DNA from: Cetorhinus maximus
Lineage: Eukaryota
Direction of reading: 5' to 3'
Assembly (NCBI RefSeq): GCF_964194155.1
Contig: NC_135897.1
Location: forward strand, 77,872,001 to 77,936,000
Length of the DNA stretch: 64,000 nt
Shown: one piece after another, positions 12,060 to 24,400 of the stretch
How positions within the stretch are numbered: the stretch's first letter is position 1
Layout: each line of letters opens with the position of its first letter
Notes under the pieces: model-generated
Database searches by the model: none
What the model saw: only the letters and a program-made list of their open reading frames with translations
What the model was told of the DNA's origin: nothing
Program-made: the position numbers and the translations under genes

Positions 12060-12975
12060 TAATAATAGTGGTGAGAATGTGTAACTCACTGCGATATGGA
12101 ATGGTTGAAGCAAATAGAACCCAACACATTTAAGGGACATGCATGTTGGGGTAAGGGAATAGGGAAGCAGGGTAAAGGAGTAGTATAAGAATCATGTGAT
12201 GCATAATTACTAGTATCAGCCAGTTGTGGTAAAAGAACGTAGGAACATAAGAACAAGGAGCAACAGTAGACCATACGGCTGCTTGAGCCTGTTCTGCTAC
12301 TCAGCATGATCTGCCTCAGCTCCACATATCCCGCCTGCATCCCACAACCCTCAATTCCCCGAGAAAGCAAAAAAATCTGCCTATCCCTGCCTTAAATATA
12401 ATCAACGGCGGAGCATCCTCAACCACTCTAACTGCCAGAGGTAGAGAATTCCGAAGACTCAAAGCCCTCTGAGTGAAGAAACTTCTCCTCATCTCAATCC
12501 TAGGACAGTGAGACAGTGCCTGTGTTCTAGATTCCCCAGTCATTGGAAACAATCTCTGAGTGTTTGCTCCATCACAGCTTTGCAAGTTCCAATGAGACCA
12601 CCCCACATTTTTCTGAACACCAGGGCGTATAGGTCCAATCTACTCACATCATAGGACAACTCCCTCGTCCCAGGAACCAACTTCGCTATACTGCCTCCAA
12701 TGCAAGTATATCCTTCCTTATAGATATGGCAACCAAAACTCCAGACACTACTCTAGGCGTGGTCTCACCAAAGCCCTGCTGTTCCCGTTTCCTCTCGCCC
12801 TCCTTGCTTGACTAGTGGGCGGTGTTACATTTGCTACCTTCCACTCCGCTAGGCACATTCTAGACCCTAGAGAATTTTGGAAAACAATAACCAGTGCATC
12901 CAATATCTCTGCAGCTCTCTCTTTTAGTGCCCTGAGGAACCCTTTAGAATGGCCTCTTTCTGTGTTGTAGATATG
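12060..12975 (+). mobile_element. Old CR1 3' tail, split by the HER1 insertion at 12233-12940
   Basis: gtggtgagaatgtgtaactcact...cagccagttgtgg | gaatggcctctttctgtgttgta rejoins into a CR1 3' terminus. Confidence 0.6.
12233..12940 (-). mobile_element. CR1/HER1 LINE with internal deletion
   Basis: Tail gaacgtaggaacataagaac; ORF 12316..12606 EMRRSFFTQRALSLRNSLP; after ~12780 it jumps to an upstream ORF2 segment. Confidence 0.85.
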
Positions 12976-13229
12976 ATTAAATAAGATAAACTAAGGGAAC
13001 ATTATCATTCCCATTACTAATGTTTTCTTATTCATAAGCAGCAGCATTCGCATTGTAAAAGGATTGTGCAGCCTTCTTAGTTTTAGGAACTTGTGCCAAT
13101 ATCTGAGCACTAACCTGGAACTGCAGAAAGAACCCTTGAGTTTCTACTTGGTTATTGTGGCTTTTCAAAACATAATATTCAAAGAGTGTTTTTAGAGCAT
13201 AATTAAAACTAAAATATGCTTTAAAACAC

Positions 13230-13392
13230 TGCCGGATTGTGCCGGTTCATGACTAGGGAGGCAGCAGACCCGAACCTTGCCAGCCCATGTCTCGCAGAGG
13301 TGAAATTCTGTGGGAGTGGGAGGTGGTGACGGTTTCGGGATCACGAAGTCGGGAAACGGCCAGACTTGCGTTTCCAGAAGCAGATCTGGCCC
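13230..13392. mobile_element. Small Harbinger-like MITE remnant
   Basis: CpG-rich island with weak TIRs tgccggatt / agatctggccc. Confidence 0.4.
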
Positions 13393-13399
13393 CAAGTAT

Positions 13400-13987
13400 A
13401 AAACCAAGGAGGTTATTATGGACCATTACAAAACATTGCTTCGGCCTCAACTGGAGCAGCGTGTGGAATTCTAGGCACTGCACTTTAAGACGGATGTGGA
13501 GGCTTCAAAGAGGGTGCAGAAAAGATTCACGAGAATGGTTCCAGGGATGAGGGACTTCAGTTACGTGGATAGATTGGAGAAACTGGGGTTCTCCAAAGAG
13601 AAGGTTGAGGAGAGATCTGGTATTGGTGTTCAAAATCATGAAGCGTCTAGACAGTGCAGATAAAGAGAAACTGTTGCCACTGAGGGAAAGGTTGAGAACC
13701 AAAGGACATAGATTTAAGACGATTTACCAAAGAGCCAAAGGCGACATGAGAAGAACCTTTTTTGCTCTGTGATTAGGATCTGGAGTGCACTGCCTGAGAG
13801 TTTGGTGGAGGCAGATTCAATCTTGACTTTCAAAAGGGAATTGGATAAGCAGCTAAAGAGAAAAAAATGGGAACTACAGGGAAAGGCTGCGGGAGTGGGA
13901 CTAGGTCAATCGGTCTTGCTGAGAGCTAGTACTGACATGATGGGCCGAATGGGCTCCTTTGGTGTTGTAACCATTCCATCTTTCTAT
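13400..13987 (+). mobile_element. CR1 LINE 3' fragment
   Basis: Encodes (frameshifted) KTLLRPQLEQRVEF..RVQKRFTRMVPGMRDFSYVDRLEKLG and IRIWSALPESLVEADSILTFKRELD; 3' end atgggccgaatgggctcc. Confidence 0.9.
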
Positions 13988-15636
13988 AACGGGAGGAAGA
14001 ATTTAGTGCCAAAACGTTATGATTGGTCATTCAATTCATTAATATTCTTGGGATTTTGTTATGTGCAAATTGGGTGTTGTATTGACCACACATCAAAAGT
14101 TTATTTGAGATGTTTAAGGGGCTACATCAATCCAAGTCTTTCCTCCTCTTGTCAGCTGAAAGAGTCCAAAGTGAAGCGATTTACGGTTGTTTCCATTCAG
14201 TTCACTGGTCATAATAAAACAATAAACTGCATATTGGTTTGGTGAAGAGAGAGCACTGTCCTACATCTAACCCATGCTGGACTTCATTTGGGGTGACAGT
14301 AGGTGCTACAAATGGAAAAGCAATTCATTCTGCAATACTGAGGAGCAACAATTGAAATCACCATAAAAGAAACATGCAGAACTTAATTCTCCCCACAGCA
14401 ACAGGAGCAAATTGGAAAGAAGAAAGAGAGAGCTTATAGGTATGGGGTAGTGGTAATATATATAATTGTGAACATATTTAATTTGCAAGGCCCAGGAAAA
14501 TTAAGCAGAAGGATTGAGTGGGCACTCCTTTGAATGCTGGCAATCCATCCTGTTTTCTAATGCTTATCCAGAGGGCAGATGTGGCACATATGGCAATGTC
14601 TACAAAGTTGGTGCCTGCCTTTTAAATCTAAATCAGGAGAAGCTGAATTTATCAGTTGCTGTCTCTCCAAATTTATGAAACAGCTCGATATAATTCAAGT
14701 AGAACATGTGGGAACTTGAGGCAAATGTTTGAATTAATCTACTAAAAATATTGCAGAGGGATTTCAGACCACGAGAGATACAATTACACACTAGACAAAT
14801 AGAGAAACCAAGAAGAGAATACACACAGACACACAAAGCAGACATCAAAGGAGTAGCAATTGGAAAGATGGGAGGAAGAGAAATAGAAAGAGAGAATGAG
14901 CATGAACTGGAATACATTGTGTTTATAATCCATATTAATTTAAGAAATCTGCTGTTTGCTTTACATACCCACAGGCTTTCAATAGCATCATGTCACAAAA
15001 AGGTGCCGTGATCTAACAACAAGTGTTATGTTGCAATATTGTTACAAACTCAATGTGATTAAAGCGTGTAGTCTTTTGTTTAATTTTAAGCTTGACCAAA
15101 GATATTTTGCTTTGCTTTACCCAATTGATTAATTGGAATTGGGCAGCATGGGTCATTATGAAACTGAAACCTTAACAAGATGGATATTTCTTCATCGACA
15201 ATTCATGATTAATTGAATGTAGCTAACTTTGACTGAAGCTATGTTCTACACTAGTCATCAGAACTGCACATTTGTTCCTTAATGCGCAATTAAATCTTCA
15301 ATCCTTTAGAAGAGATTGCTGTCTCTTCAGCACCGGAACTTAACAACCTTTTAAATTCAGAAGGAAATTTATGATATGTGAAACTGACCCTTAAAATAAC
15401 ATCAGGAATGTAATGCCACTTTTGTCCTCTTCTACTATAGGCCATTTGTATGAAAATACCTGAAAGCAACTTGACCTTGACTGACTGGCCTCACATCCAG
15501 TTTTCACAAAAGTCACAGGACTCTGATACAGTGTTATTGTTTCAAAGTTAAGGGTATGATACACTGTTAAATAAACAGCGGAGAATCACAAAATAGGTTT
15601 TCACTTTACATAGCCAGCTAATGTTGAATCAAATTG

Positions 15637-15760
15637 AACAACTTGCAATTATACCCCTCTTTTAACATAAGAAACATCCCAAGGCACTTCAGTGACCATA
15701 ATCAGATAAAAACTGACACAGAGCCAGAGAAAGGGATATTCAGGCTGGCGGCCAAAATCA
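15637..15760 (-). mobile_element. L2 3' tail
   Basis: aacaacttgcaattata...catcccaaggcacttca...actgacacagagcca is the reverse complement of the tail at 2760-2866. Confidence 0.65.
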
Positions 15761-15761
15761 T

Positions 15762-16026
15762 GGGCAGAATCTTGCCTTTGTTGGGAGGGCTTAGTGGGGG
15801 CGGGTGGGCTGGAGCGGTTGGGAAGCTGACCTCCGGCTGCGATGGGGGCCGGAAGGCGATTTCACACTGGCGGGCCAATTAAGGCCCGCCCAGCGTGAAA
15901 CGTGCGCGGCAGTGCTCAGTGCTGTCTGTGCAAGCGGGGGCGGGGGGGGAGGAGGTCGAGCGGGGCAAGCGTGACCTTAGCACATGCGCGGGAGTGCGCG
16001 CTTCATAACCTCCCTGAGGCACAGAC
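15762..16026. mobile_element. Harbinger-type MITE, one arm
   Basis: TIR gggcagaatctt; ggcgggccaattaaggcccgccc and ctccctgaggc shared (inverted) with 57153-57807. Confidence 0.75.
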
Positions 16027-16349
16027 TATAAATCCTGAATAAATCACTGAATTAGCATCTCAATATCCAAACCATGATGTATACAGGAAGATGGAAACTC
16101 TAATGACTAATAAGAAATAGTTAAAACAGTTGATCCTGACTTATGAATTCTGTTACTTATCAGTTCATTTATTATAAATTTCTGTAATAGATTGAACAGA
16201 ATGATTCATTGAATCATGTTTTCACTGTCATCCTGTGTACATAAGACTGCATATAAGTGGTGTGCAGCAGGCGAGGTAGTCAGCTTGCTGGAATTGGACT
16301 GTGTAGCCACTATTTTTTGCTCTTTGAGGAGAATTGTTTAACGGCGCGA

Positions 16350-16915
16350 TGATTGGATGGTGGCAGTCTTAAGGGGCATGGGGAAGGGAGGCTGGCCAAT
16401 GGTGGGAGGAATCCAGGGTAGGGACACAGCCAGGATGAGAAGACGAGGTGCAGGGATGTGGGAGGGAGGGAAGGGCCTTTCATGTTGGGTGTGGGGGTCC
16501 AGTGAATGGGCAGGGGGTGTTCCAGGTAGGGATGTTGGGAGAGAGAGAGATGGTCCTAAAGGGCAGGGTCGATGCTGTCCATGGAGGGAACCTGGGGTTG
16601 AACTAAGGGTACTGGGCAGCGGAGGGAACAGTCACAGTGTGAGGGGAGACTGGAATGTGGTAGGGTGACAGGTCCAGGATCATGGTTGGGTAGCAGATGG
16701 TCTGATGGGGAGGGGTGGGGGAGGGGTGGGGATGTACAGAGACAAATGAAATAGGCAGTATCGAGGGATCAGGATGGGTATTGGGACAGTCATGGGAATA
16801 GGCTCAGAGGGGAGAGAAGGTATGGGGAGGGTTATAGGCTCAAAGGTAATAGAGGGGAGAGGAATGGTTATATTGGGTGGGTCAAGGGTGATGGGGGAGA
16901 AGTTGGTGGGTTATA
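16350..16915 (+). repeat. G-rich strand-asymmetric low-complexity tract
   Basis: Dense GGG runs, e.g. ggggaggggtgggggaggggtgggg at ~16707-16731. Confidence 0.6.
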
Positions 16916-17601
16916 TGCACCATTTTCTCAAGGCTCTTCTTCACAACACAACTGCTCCATAAGTGTGAATCCTCGAAGTGGGAGGAGGGTCTTTTTGAGT
17001 GGATGGAGTTAAATGTGAGCAGAATTGGCTGACTAAAGGTACACCCTAATAATCATGAAACAATTGCATAAGAACCATGCTCAGGTGTGTTCTCCTCTTT
17101 ATGGTGAAGCCCACACAGCAGCGTGTTTGCACCCTGACTCGAGTCTCATAACATCGAGATCCCAGCAAGATCGGGAGTTGCAGTGAAATCTTCACTAAAG
17201 AGCAGCTCAAGTTGACCAAAGCAGGGTGGAGGGTGGGGGAAGCGGGATGGATGGCAAGAGGGAGGCAGAGTACAAAGGTGGTGGATGGGAGGGGGCTTGT
17301 GTGGAAATGACAACAATGTGCCGGTTCAGAACCTTGAAAGTCCCAGATAAATGGTCATGGCTGATAATGGAATGGATGGTACGTCTGTGGTGGCAAGGCA
17401 AGGCAAGTGTCTTTTAAATGTGTGTCTCGAGGGTGATGGAGGGAAGCCCAATAGTATTTGAGGTAGGGTGCGCGAACATGGCTTTCATTATCTCGGTCAA
17501 TGCTGCAGTCTCTATGCACATGGATGTATGTTATGAGTGGAAAACTCATCTGTGACCCTCTCAGATGGGCTTTACCATGGCGGGGTGAGGAGAGGCCAGG
17601 G

Positions 17602-20500
17602 TTTTTTTTAATTCATTCATGGGATGTGGGTTCACCTGCTAGGCCAGCATTTATTGCCCATCCCTAAATGCCCTCCAGAGGGTGGTGGTGAGCTGCCTTC
17701 CAGAATCGCTGCAGTCCATGTGGTGTAGGTACACCCACAGTACTGTTAAGGAAGGAGTTCCAGGATTTTGACCCAGCGACAGTGAAGGAACGGCGATATT
17801 TTTCCAAGCCAGGATGGTGTGTGGCTTGGAGGGGAACTTCCAGGTGGTGGCGTTCCCATGTGTCTGCTGTCCTTGTCCTTCTAGATGGTAGCAGTCGTGG
17901 GTTTGGAAGGTGCTGTCTAAGGAGGTTTGGTGAGTTCATGCAGTACATCTTGTAGAACTGCTCCCATTGTTCGTTGGTGATGGAGGGAGTGGATGTTTGT
18001 GGATGAGGTACCAATCAAGCGGATTGCTTTGTCCTGGATTGTGTTGAGCTTCTTGAGTATTGTTGGAGCTGCTCACGTCCAGGCAACTGGGGAGTATTCC
18101 ATCACACTCCTAACTTGTAAACCCTTGATAGTGGACAGGCTTTGGGGGGTTAGGAGGTGAGTTACTTGCCGCAGAATTCCTAGCCTCTGACCTGATCTTG
18201 TAGCCACAGTATTTAAATGACTAGTCCAATTCTGGTCAATGGTAACCCTCACGATGCTGATAGTGGGGGATTCAGAGATAATAATGCCATTCAATGTCAA
18301 AGGGTGATGGTTAGATTCTCTCTTGTTAGAGATGGTCATTGCCTGACACTTGTGTGGCACGAATGTTACTTGTCACTTGTCAGCCCAAGCCTAGATATTG
18401 TCCAGGTCTTACTGCATTTGGACATAGACTGCTCCCGTATCTGAGGAGACGCGAATGGTGCTGAACATTGTGCAAGCATCAGCGAACATCCCACTTCTGA
18501 CCTTATCATGGAAGGAAGTTCATTGATGAAGCAGCTGAAGATGCTTGGACCCAGGACACTACCCCGAGGAACTCCTGCAGTAATGTCATGGAACTGAGAT
18601 GATTGACCCCAAACAGCCACAACCATCTTCCTTTGTTCTAGGTATGACTCAGTTTTCTCCTTCTGATTCCCATTGACTCCAGTTTTGCTGGTCCTTCTTG
18701 ATGTCACACTTGGTCAACTGCTGACTTGATGCCAAGGGCAGTCACTTCCACCTCACCTCTGGAGTTCAGCTGTTTTGTCCATGTTTGAACGAAGGCTGTA
18801 ATGAGGTCAGGAGCTGAGTGATCCTGGCGGAACCCAAACTGAGCGTCAGTGAGCAGGTCATTGCTTAGCAAGTGCTGCTTGATAGCACTGTTGATGGGCC
18901 CTTCCATCACTTTAATGATGATTGAAACTGGACTGATGGGGCAGTAATTTGCAAGGTTGACTTTGTCATGCTTTTTGAGTGTAGGGCACACCTGGGCAAT
19001 TTTCAACATTGCTGGGTAGATGCCAGTATTGTAACTGTACTGGAACAGCTTGACTAGGGGCATAGCACAAGTCTTCAGTACGACTGTCAGGATATTGTCA
19101 AGACCCATGGCCTTTTCAGTATCCAGTGCCTTCAACTGTTTTTTGATCTAACATGGAGTGAATCGAATTGGCTGAAGTCTGGCACCTATGATTCTCAGGA
19201 AGAGGCCAAGATGGATCATCCACTTAGCGCTTCTGGCTGAAGATTCTTGCAAATTCTTCAGCAATAAGACCATAAGACGTAGGAGCAGAGATTAGGCCAT
19301 TCGGCCCATCGAGTCTGCTCCGCCATTCAATCATGGCTGATAAGTTTCTCAACCCCATTCTCCCGCCTTCTCCCCATAACCTTTGATCCCCTTACCAATC
19401 AAGAACCTATCTATCTCGGTCTTAAATACACTCAATGACCTGGCTTCCACAGCCTTCTGTGGCAATGAATTCCATAGATTCACCACTCTCTGGCTAAAGA
19501 AGTTTCTCCTCATCTCTGTTCTAAAAGGTCTTCCCTTTACTTTGAGGCTGTGCCCTCGGGTCCTAGTCTCTCCTACTAATGGAAACATCTTCCCCACGTC
19601 CACTCTATCCAGGCCTCTCAGTATTCTGTAAGTTTCAATCAGATCCCTCCTCATCCTTCTAAACTCCATCAAGAATAGACCCAGAGTCTTCAAATGTTCC
19701 TCATATGTTAAGCCTTTCATTCCTGGGATCGTTCTCGTGAACCTCCTCTGGACCCTCTCCAGGGCCAGCACATCGTTCCTGAGATACGGGGCCCAAAATT
19801 GCTCACAATATTCTAAATGTGGTCTGACCAGAGCCTTATAAAGCCTCAGCAGCACATCCCTACTTTTATATTCTAGTCCTCTCGAAATAAATGCCAACAT
19901 TGCATTTGCCTTCCTAACTACCAACTCAACCTGCAAGTTAACCTTAAGAGAATCCTGGACTAGGAGTCCCAAGTCCCTTTGCACTCCAGACTTCTGAATT
20001 CTCTCCCCATTTAGAAAATAGTCTATGCCTCTATTCTTCCTACCAAAGTGTATGACCTCACTATTCCATCTGCCACTTCTTTGCCCATTCTCCTAACCTG
20101 TCCAAATCCTTCTGCAGCCTCCCCGCCTCCTCAATACTACCTGTCCCTCCACCTATCTTTGTATCATCTGCAAACTTAGCCAGGATGCCCTCAGTTCCTT
20201 CATCTAGCCCTACCTTTTGCGCTGATGTGCTGGGCTCCTCCATTATTGAGAATGGGGATATTTGTGGAGCCTCCTCCTCCAGTGAGTTATTTAATTGTCC
20301 AGCATCATTCATGACTGGATGTGGCAGGACTGCAGAGCTTAGAACTGATCCGTTGGTTGTGGACTCGCTTAGCCCTATCACTTGCTAATTAGGCTGTTTG
20401 GCAAGCAAGTCATCCTGTGCTGTAGCTTCACCAGGTTGACACCTCATTTTTAGGTACTCATGGTGCTGCTCCTGGCATGCCCTCCTGTACTCTCATTGAG
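17602..20500 (-). mobile_element. CR1-clade LINE-B, 5'-truncated and pseudogenised RT, with nested HER1
   Basis: ORFs NYCPISPVSIIIKVME...QFGFRQDHSAPD and GVPRGSVLGPSIFSCFINELP; 3' tail at 17602; colinear with 49968-52104. Confidence 0.92.
19263..20207 (-). mobile_element. Young CR1/HER1 LINE nested in LINE-B
   Basis: Open 211-aa ORF 19349..19984 plus AKFADDTKIGG (RT motif); tail ataagaccataagac; LINE-B sequence rejoins across it (ttcagc | cctaccttttgc). Confidence 0.95.
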
Positions 20501-21529
20501 GGGGGACTGCATTGGCTGAAATGCTCAGGGTAGGAAGGGCAGCTTCAAAGAATATGCTGACTAAATGGATCACCGCAATTTGTTCACAGATCACCTCAGG
20601 CATACATGATGCTGGCTCCAAGTGATCCTGCACTTCTACTATTATGATCCGATTGACAAGAAAGCAGCGTCAACTTCCTGTTCTACCTGAAGCAAGGTTG
20701 GCTGTGTTCCTTGCACATACATATCTGATGAGCTGATCAGTGTGAGATCGCGCATGGTCAGCCATCTCACCCCCAAGCAAAAATCACTGTCACTTCCACT
20801 CCTGCCTCCCAACTTTTCTCCAGACTGGATGATTCCACCCAGCATATGCAACACATTCATATTATGGTTTGGATTTTCTGCTATAGTGAAATCAAAGTGC
20901 CTCTTTGGCAGGATGGGAAGGTTACCCTGCCACAAGATATGCCCCTGATTTTGGACAATTTTATGGGGATTGGGTCTAAACTCTCCAATAAGCAGTTTAG
21001 TGAGGGAGGCTGACCAAGATAGGCCACTATTGCAGTGTTGCATTGCTGCAGCCTCTGTACTGCCTCCTCAAACTTCAAAGGATCATTTGGAAGTACTAGC
21101 TTAGTATATTGTGATTATTTTGGCCCCTAATCTTTTTAAATTCTCTCTCCCCAACTCTCTTTGCCACTCCAAGTTGGCTGCGATGGACAAAAGGCATCCT
21201 TTGCGACCAGCATTGTTATGGTGCCACGAGGGACTGCGGGAGCCAAAATTTGATATGGATGCGGAGATTGCAATATGCAACTAACTTGCACCCGTTCATT
21301 CTGCCACAGCCAGCATGCAATTTTGTGCTGCCTGCTGATTTATATGACTGCTGCGTGCAGTTCAGAGCTAAAAGTGTTGTTGCATGGCTGCATGCCTCAC
21401 TAGGGGGCCCAGGTGCATTTGAAGCTAGCACCACTTAAAACCAACCTGCACCTCTTACAAGGGAGGTGCATCCTGCCTGGTAAAGTGCTGCTGGAAGAGT
21501 CTCGGGAGGGTGTTCCGAGCAGAAAAAAC

Positions 21530-23200
21530 ACTTGAATAATAGCACAACAGGGCAGCATATGGCGTAGCACCGGAGGCCATGGTGCAAGAGTTGGAGAGGA
21601 GGAGAGATGTGCTCTGTCCACGTGGGACCAATGGGATCAGATAGCCATTGTGATCAATGCCAGAAATGTAGCTCTGAGGACCTGGATACAGAGCCACAAG
21701 AATGATAATGATTTCACATGAATGGTCAAGGTCAGTGAATCCATCTTCAAATGCCATATCCTTACAACTGAATCACTAGCCTCAGGCACTGCTCAATTCT
21801 CCACAGACCCATCACTCGCCTACCAACAATCTCTATCGATTACAATTCTTACCTCACATTTATTGCTTCACCTCATCTTCACATGCTTAGCACTCCTGCT
21901 AGCCTCATACTCATCTCGTAACTTGCACAAACTGCTGGCTACTCAATCAAGACTGGCATATAACCCAAATACATTGCACCACTCTCACGGGCACATTTTT
22001 CTCTCTCTCATTTACAGGACAAGGTGGCACAAAGCCGCAGACAGCAGAGGTGAACCTGCAGTGGGCAGGTATGGTTGCATGGCCTTATTCCCACGGAGGA
22101 GCTGAGACCTGCCATCACTGGAGTGGTCATGACTGAGTCCATGGTCAGCATCGGAATCCAAAGATGACAGTACGCTCATACCGAATTCACCTTCTCGCAT
22201 CCCACTTTCCACTCATTTCACAATCTCTTCTGATTATAAGTTGCACAGCTGTAAGCAAGGATCTCTTTTTTTTCCATCCTCTCCTCTCACTGAAACCCTA
22301 CCTTTGTACTTTTCTCCATTCAGGTACCAAGAACTGCCACCTGGCCGGGAAGTGGTGGTGGAAGAGCACGAAATAGAAGAGCTGGAAAGCAGTAAAGAAG
22401 AAGAAAGACTAGTACTCGATCTCACATTCAGAGCCATCAGCTTAGATACTGGCACTGCACCTAATTTAGAGGATAGTGTAGAGGCAGAATCTGCATGTGG
22501 TCAGACAGAGGACCTTCAGCAAGGGCAGAAGACGGGGATAGTGCAGGCGCTACCTCACTGGAAGGCGAGGTCTGCTCCAACTTGGTACAGGGCTTGGAGC
22601 TCATCCTTTCCAGTGTGGAAGCAGTGAACAACTCTATATGAACACTTGCGGAACAAACCATGATGCAATGTCTGACAGCTGATGTCTCAGCTTCCATTGC
22701 AGCCAAACAGAAGCCATCTGGGTGCTGCAGTGGAAGATCAAGCTGAAGTTATGCAAGCTCAGCCTGCTGTCATCATAGCAGAGGATGCCAGTTTGCAAAG
22801 GGGCATGCTGGACATCAAAGCAGTCCAGTATTCTGCCCTCCAATAGATTACTAGAAATGCTGGGGCACCATCCCAGGGGAGTGACAGTGCCTCCCTGAAG
22901 CACAAATCTGCTGCACTATCTCAGAATGACAGCATCTGCCCTCCCACCACTGCCTCTCCGTCAGCCTTTGCTGTTGCCTGTGAGCAAGTCAGCCCGGACT
23001 GCTGCTCCCCATGCCGAGATGGCGCAGTAAGAAGTCAGGCCTTCCAGGCCCAGGACTGCTCAAGGATGTCCTACAGGACCATCACCAATCTCCCCCACCC
23101 AAAGCTCACATCCTTCCAACAGCCATGCTGCAGCTGTTGGGGTAGCACTGCGTAGGAGCATTAGGACAGGTAAAGCCACATGGAAAAGGGCAATTAGTTA
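21530..23200 (+). pseudogene. Harbinger Myb/SANT-like DNA-binding gene remnant with two introns
   Basis: EAMVQELERRRDVL...WDQIAIVINARNVALRTWIQSHKNDNDFT*MVK|gtcagt (donor 21731); acceptor tttacag|22018; donor 22170; acceptor ttcag|22324; acidic last exon. Confidence 0.8.
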
Positions 23201-23369
23201 ACTTTTGTATGGAATATTAAATGGATTGCTTTATATATTTAGTTTGGAAATTTTGTTTTGTGACAGCTTTTATTTCAGAGTAGTGGCCTTGGAGACACTG
23301 TGATGGTCAGTAACAGAAAAGAAGGTAAGGTGTGAGATGGTTGGTGAGTGGGGAATTGGGGTTGTGTTC

Positions 23370-24400
23370 ATTGGTACTGCAGTAAAATGAGTCGATCATA
23401 GACAGCCCAGCCAAAAAGAGGATGTGCTGATTGCTTCCTCCCTTCTCTCTCTTCCTCAGTTGCTCGTCATCAGCCCAGTGATGAAGGCTATTCCCTCACA
23501 ATGGCAAGGTTAAGTAGGATGCAGCAGACCAATGTGGATCTCTGCCCAAGTACTGCAGGGCTCTAGCAGAGCGGTCCAGACAGAAGTGTGGTTTAAGTAC
23601 TTCAGTGATCTGCTTGATCACATTTGCTTGGGTTGCACACTGGTCATGACCATGTTGGTCAGTGAATGGCCCTTGTCACCCAGTAGCCACTCTCTGGTTT
23701 GTTGTGGTGGCTTGAATGCTGAAGGTAGGACAAACTACCTCAGAGTGAAGGCATCATGACTGCTGCCAGTATACTGGGAACTAACCTGTATGTTCATCCA
23801 GCATGCTCACAAACCACTAGACATTGAGCAAATGCCATCTCTTCTGGCTGAGCTGCATCTTAGAGTTCACATGCAACTCCTGCAAAGCGAACTGTGCGTG
23901 GTCATTGGAACCCTGTACCATGGCGAAGCATGCCTACCTGGTGAAGCCATGTGCTCACTCTGCCTGTTTTTCTCCTACCAGAGAGGATGAAATGTATTGA
24001 CCTCTCTTGGAACACCAAGTCTCAGTGACCTTCCTTAAGCAACACGGGATGACAAACTGGGAGATTTCGCAACTATCACCTGCTCCAACCTGGAAGTAGC
24101 GAAGTGCATAAAAATTCCTGGCCACAATCACCTGTCCTCACACTGCTTTGAGGCTGTAGTTGTGACGTCAGCAACTGGCAGGTGCAAGTGAGGATGTCCT
24201 GAGTGAAGTACAGACATCTGACACAGTGCCCTTGATGAGGTTAAGGTAAGAGAATTGCTCCTGAAACACGAGTGGACATGGTCCCCTGCTTGAGAGGACT
24301 TCTTTTCCTCCTCCCTCTTCCAGCAGCTTGTCCTCTGTGTCACCTCTGCTCAATCTCCCTGTCATGTTGTAGGCTAAGGACGTATACCAAACTACTGCAG
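23370..24400 (-). pseudogene. Harbinger DDE transposase remnant, convergent with the Myb gene
   Basis: Minus strand gives VFQEQFSYLNL, FAMVQGSNDHA, QYTGSSHDAF, WLLGDKG, NVIKQITEVLK..CLDRSARALQY, CCILLNLAI. Confidence 0.85.

Noticed and set aside
9283-14245. ORFs 9283..9702 and 13769..14245
   Set aside because: Read-through of low-complexity DNA and CR1/SINE remnants.
15235-15267. Minus-strand CAGUUCUGAUGA resembling a hammerhead start
   Set aside because: No stem II, GAAA or complementary stem I follows.
815-24400. Host HARBI1/NAIF1 genes
   Set aside because: All copies have stops and frameshifts and are multi-copy, so they are transposon fossils.
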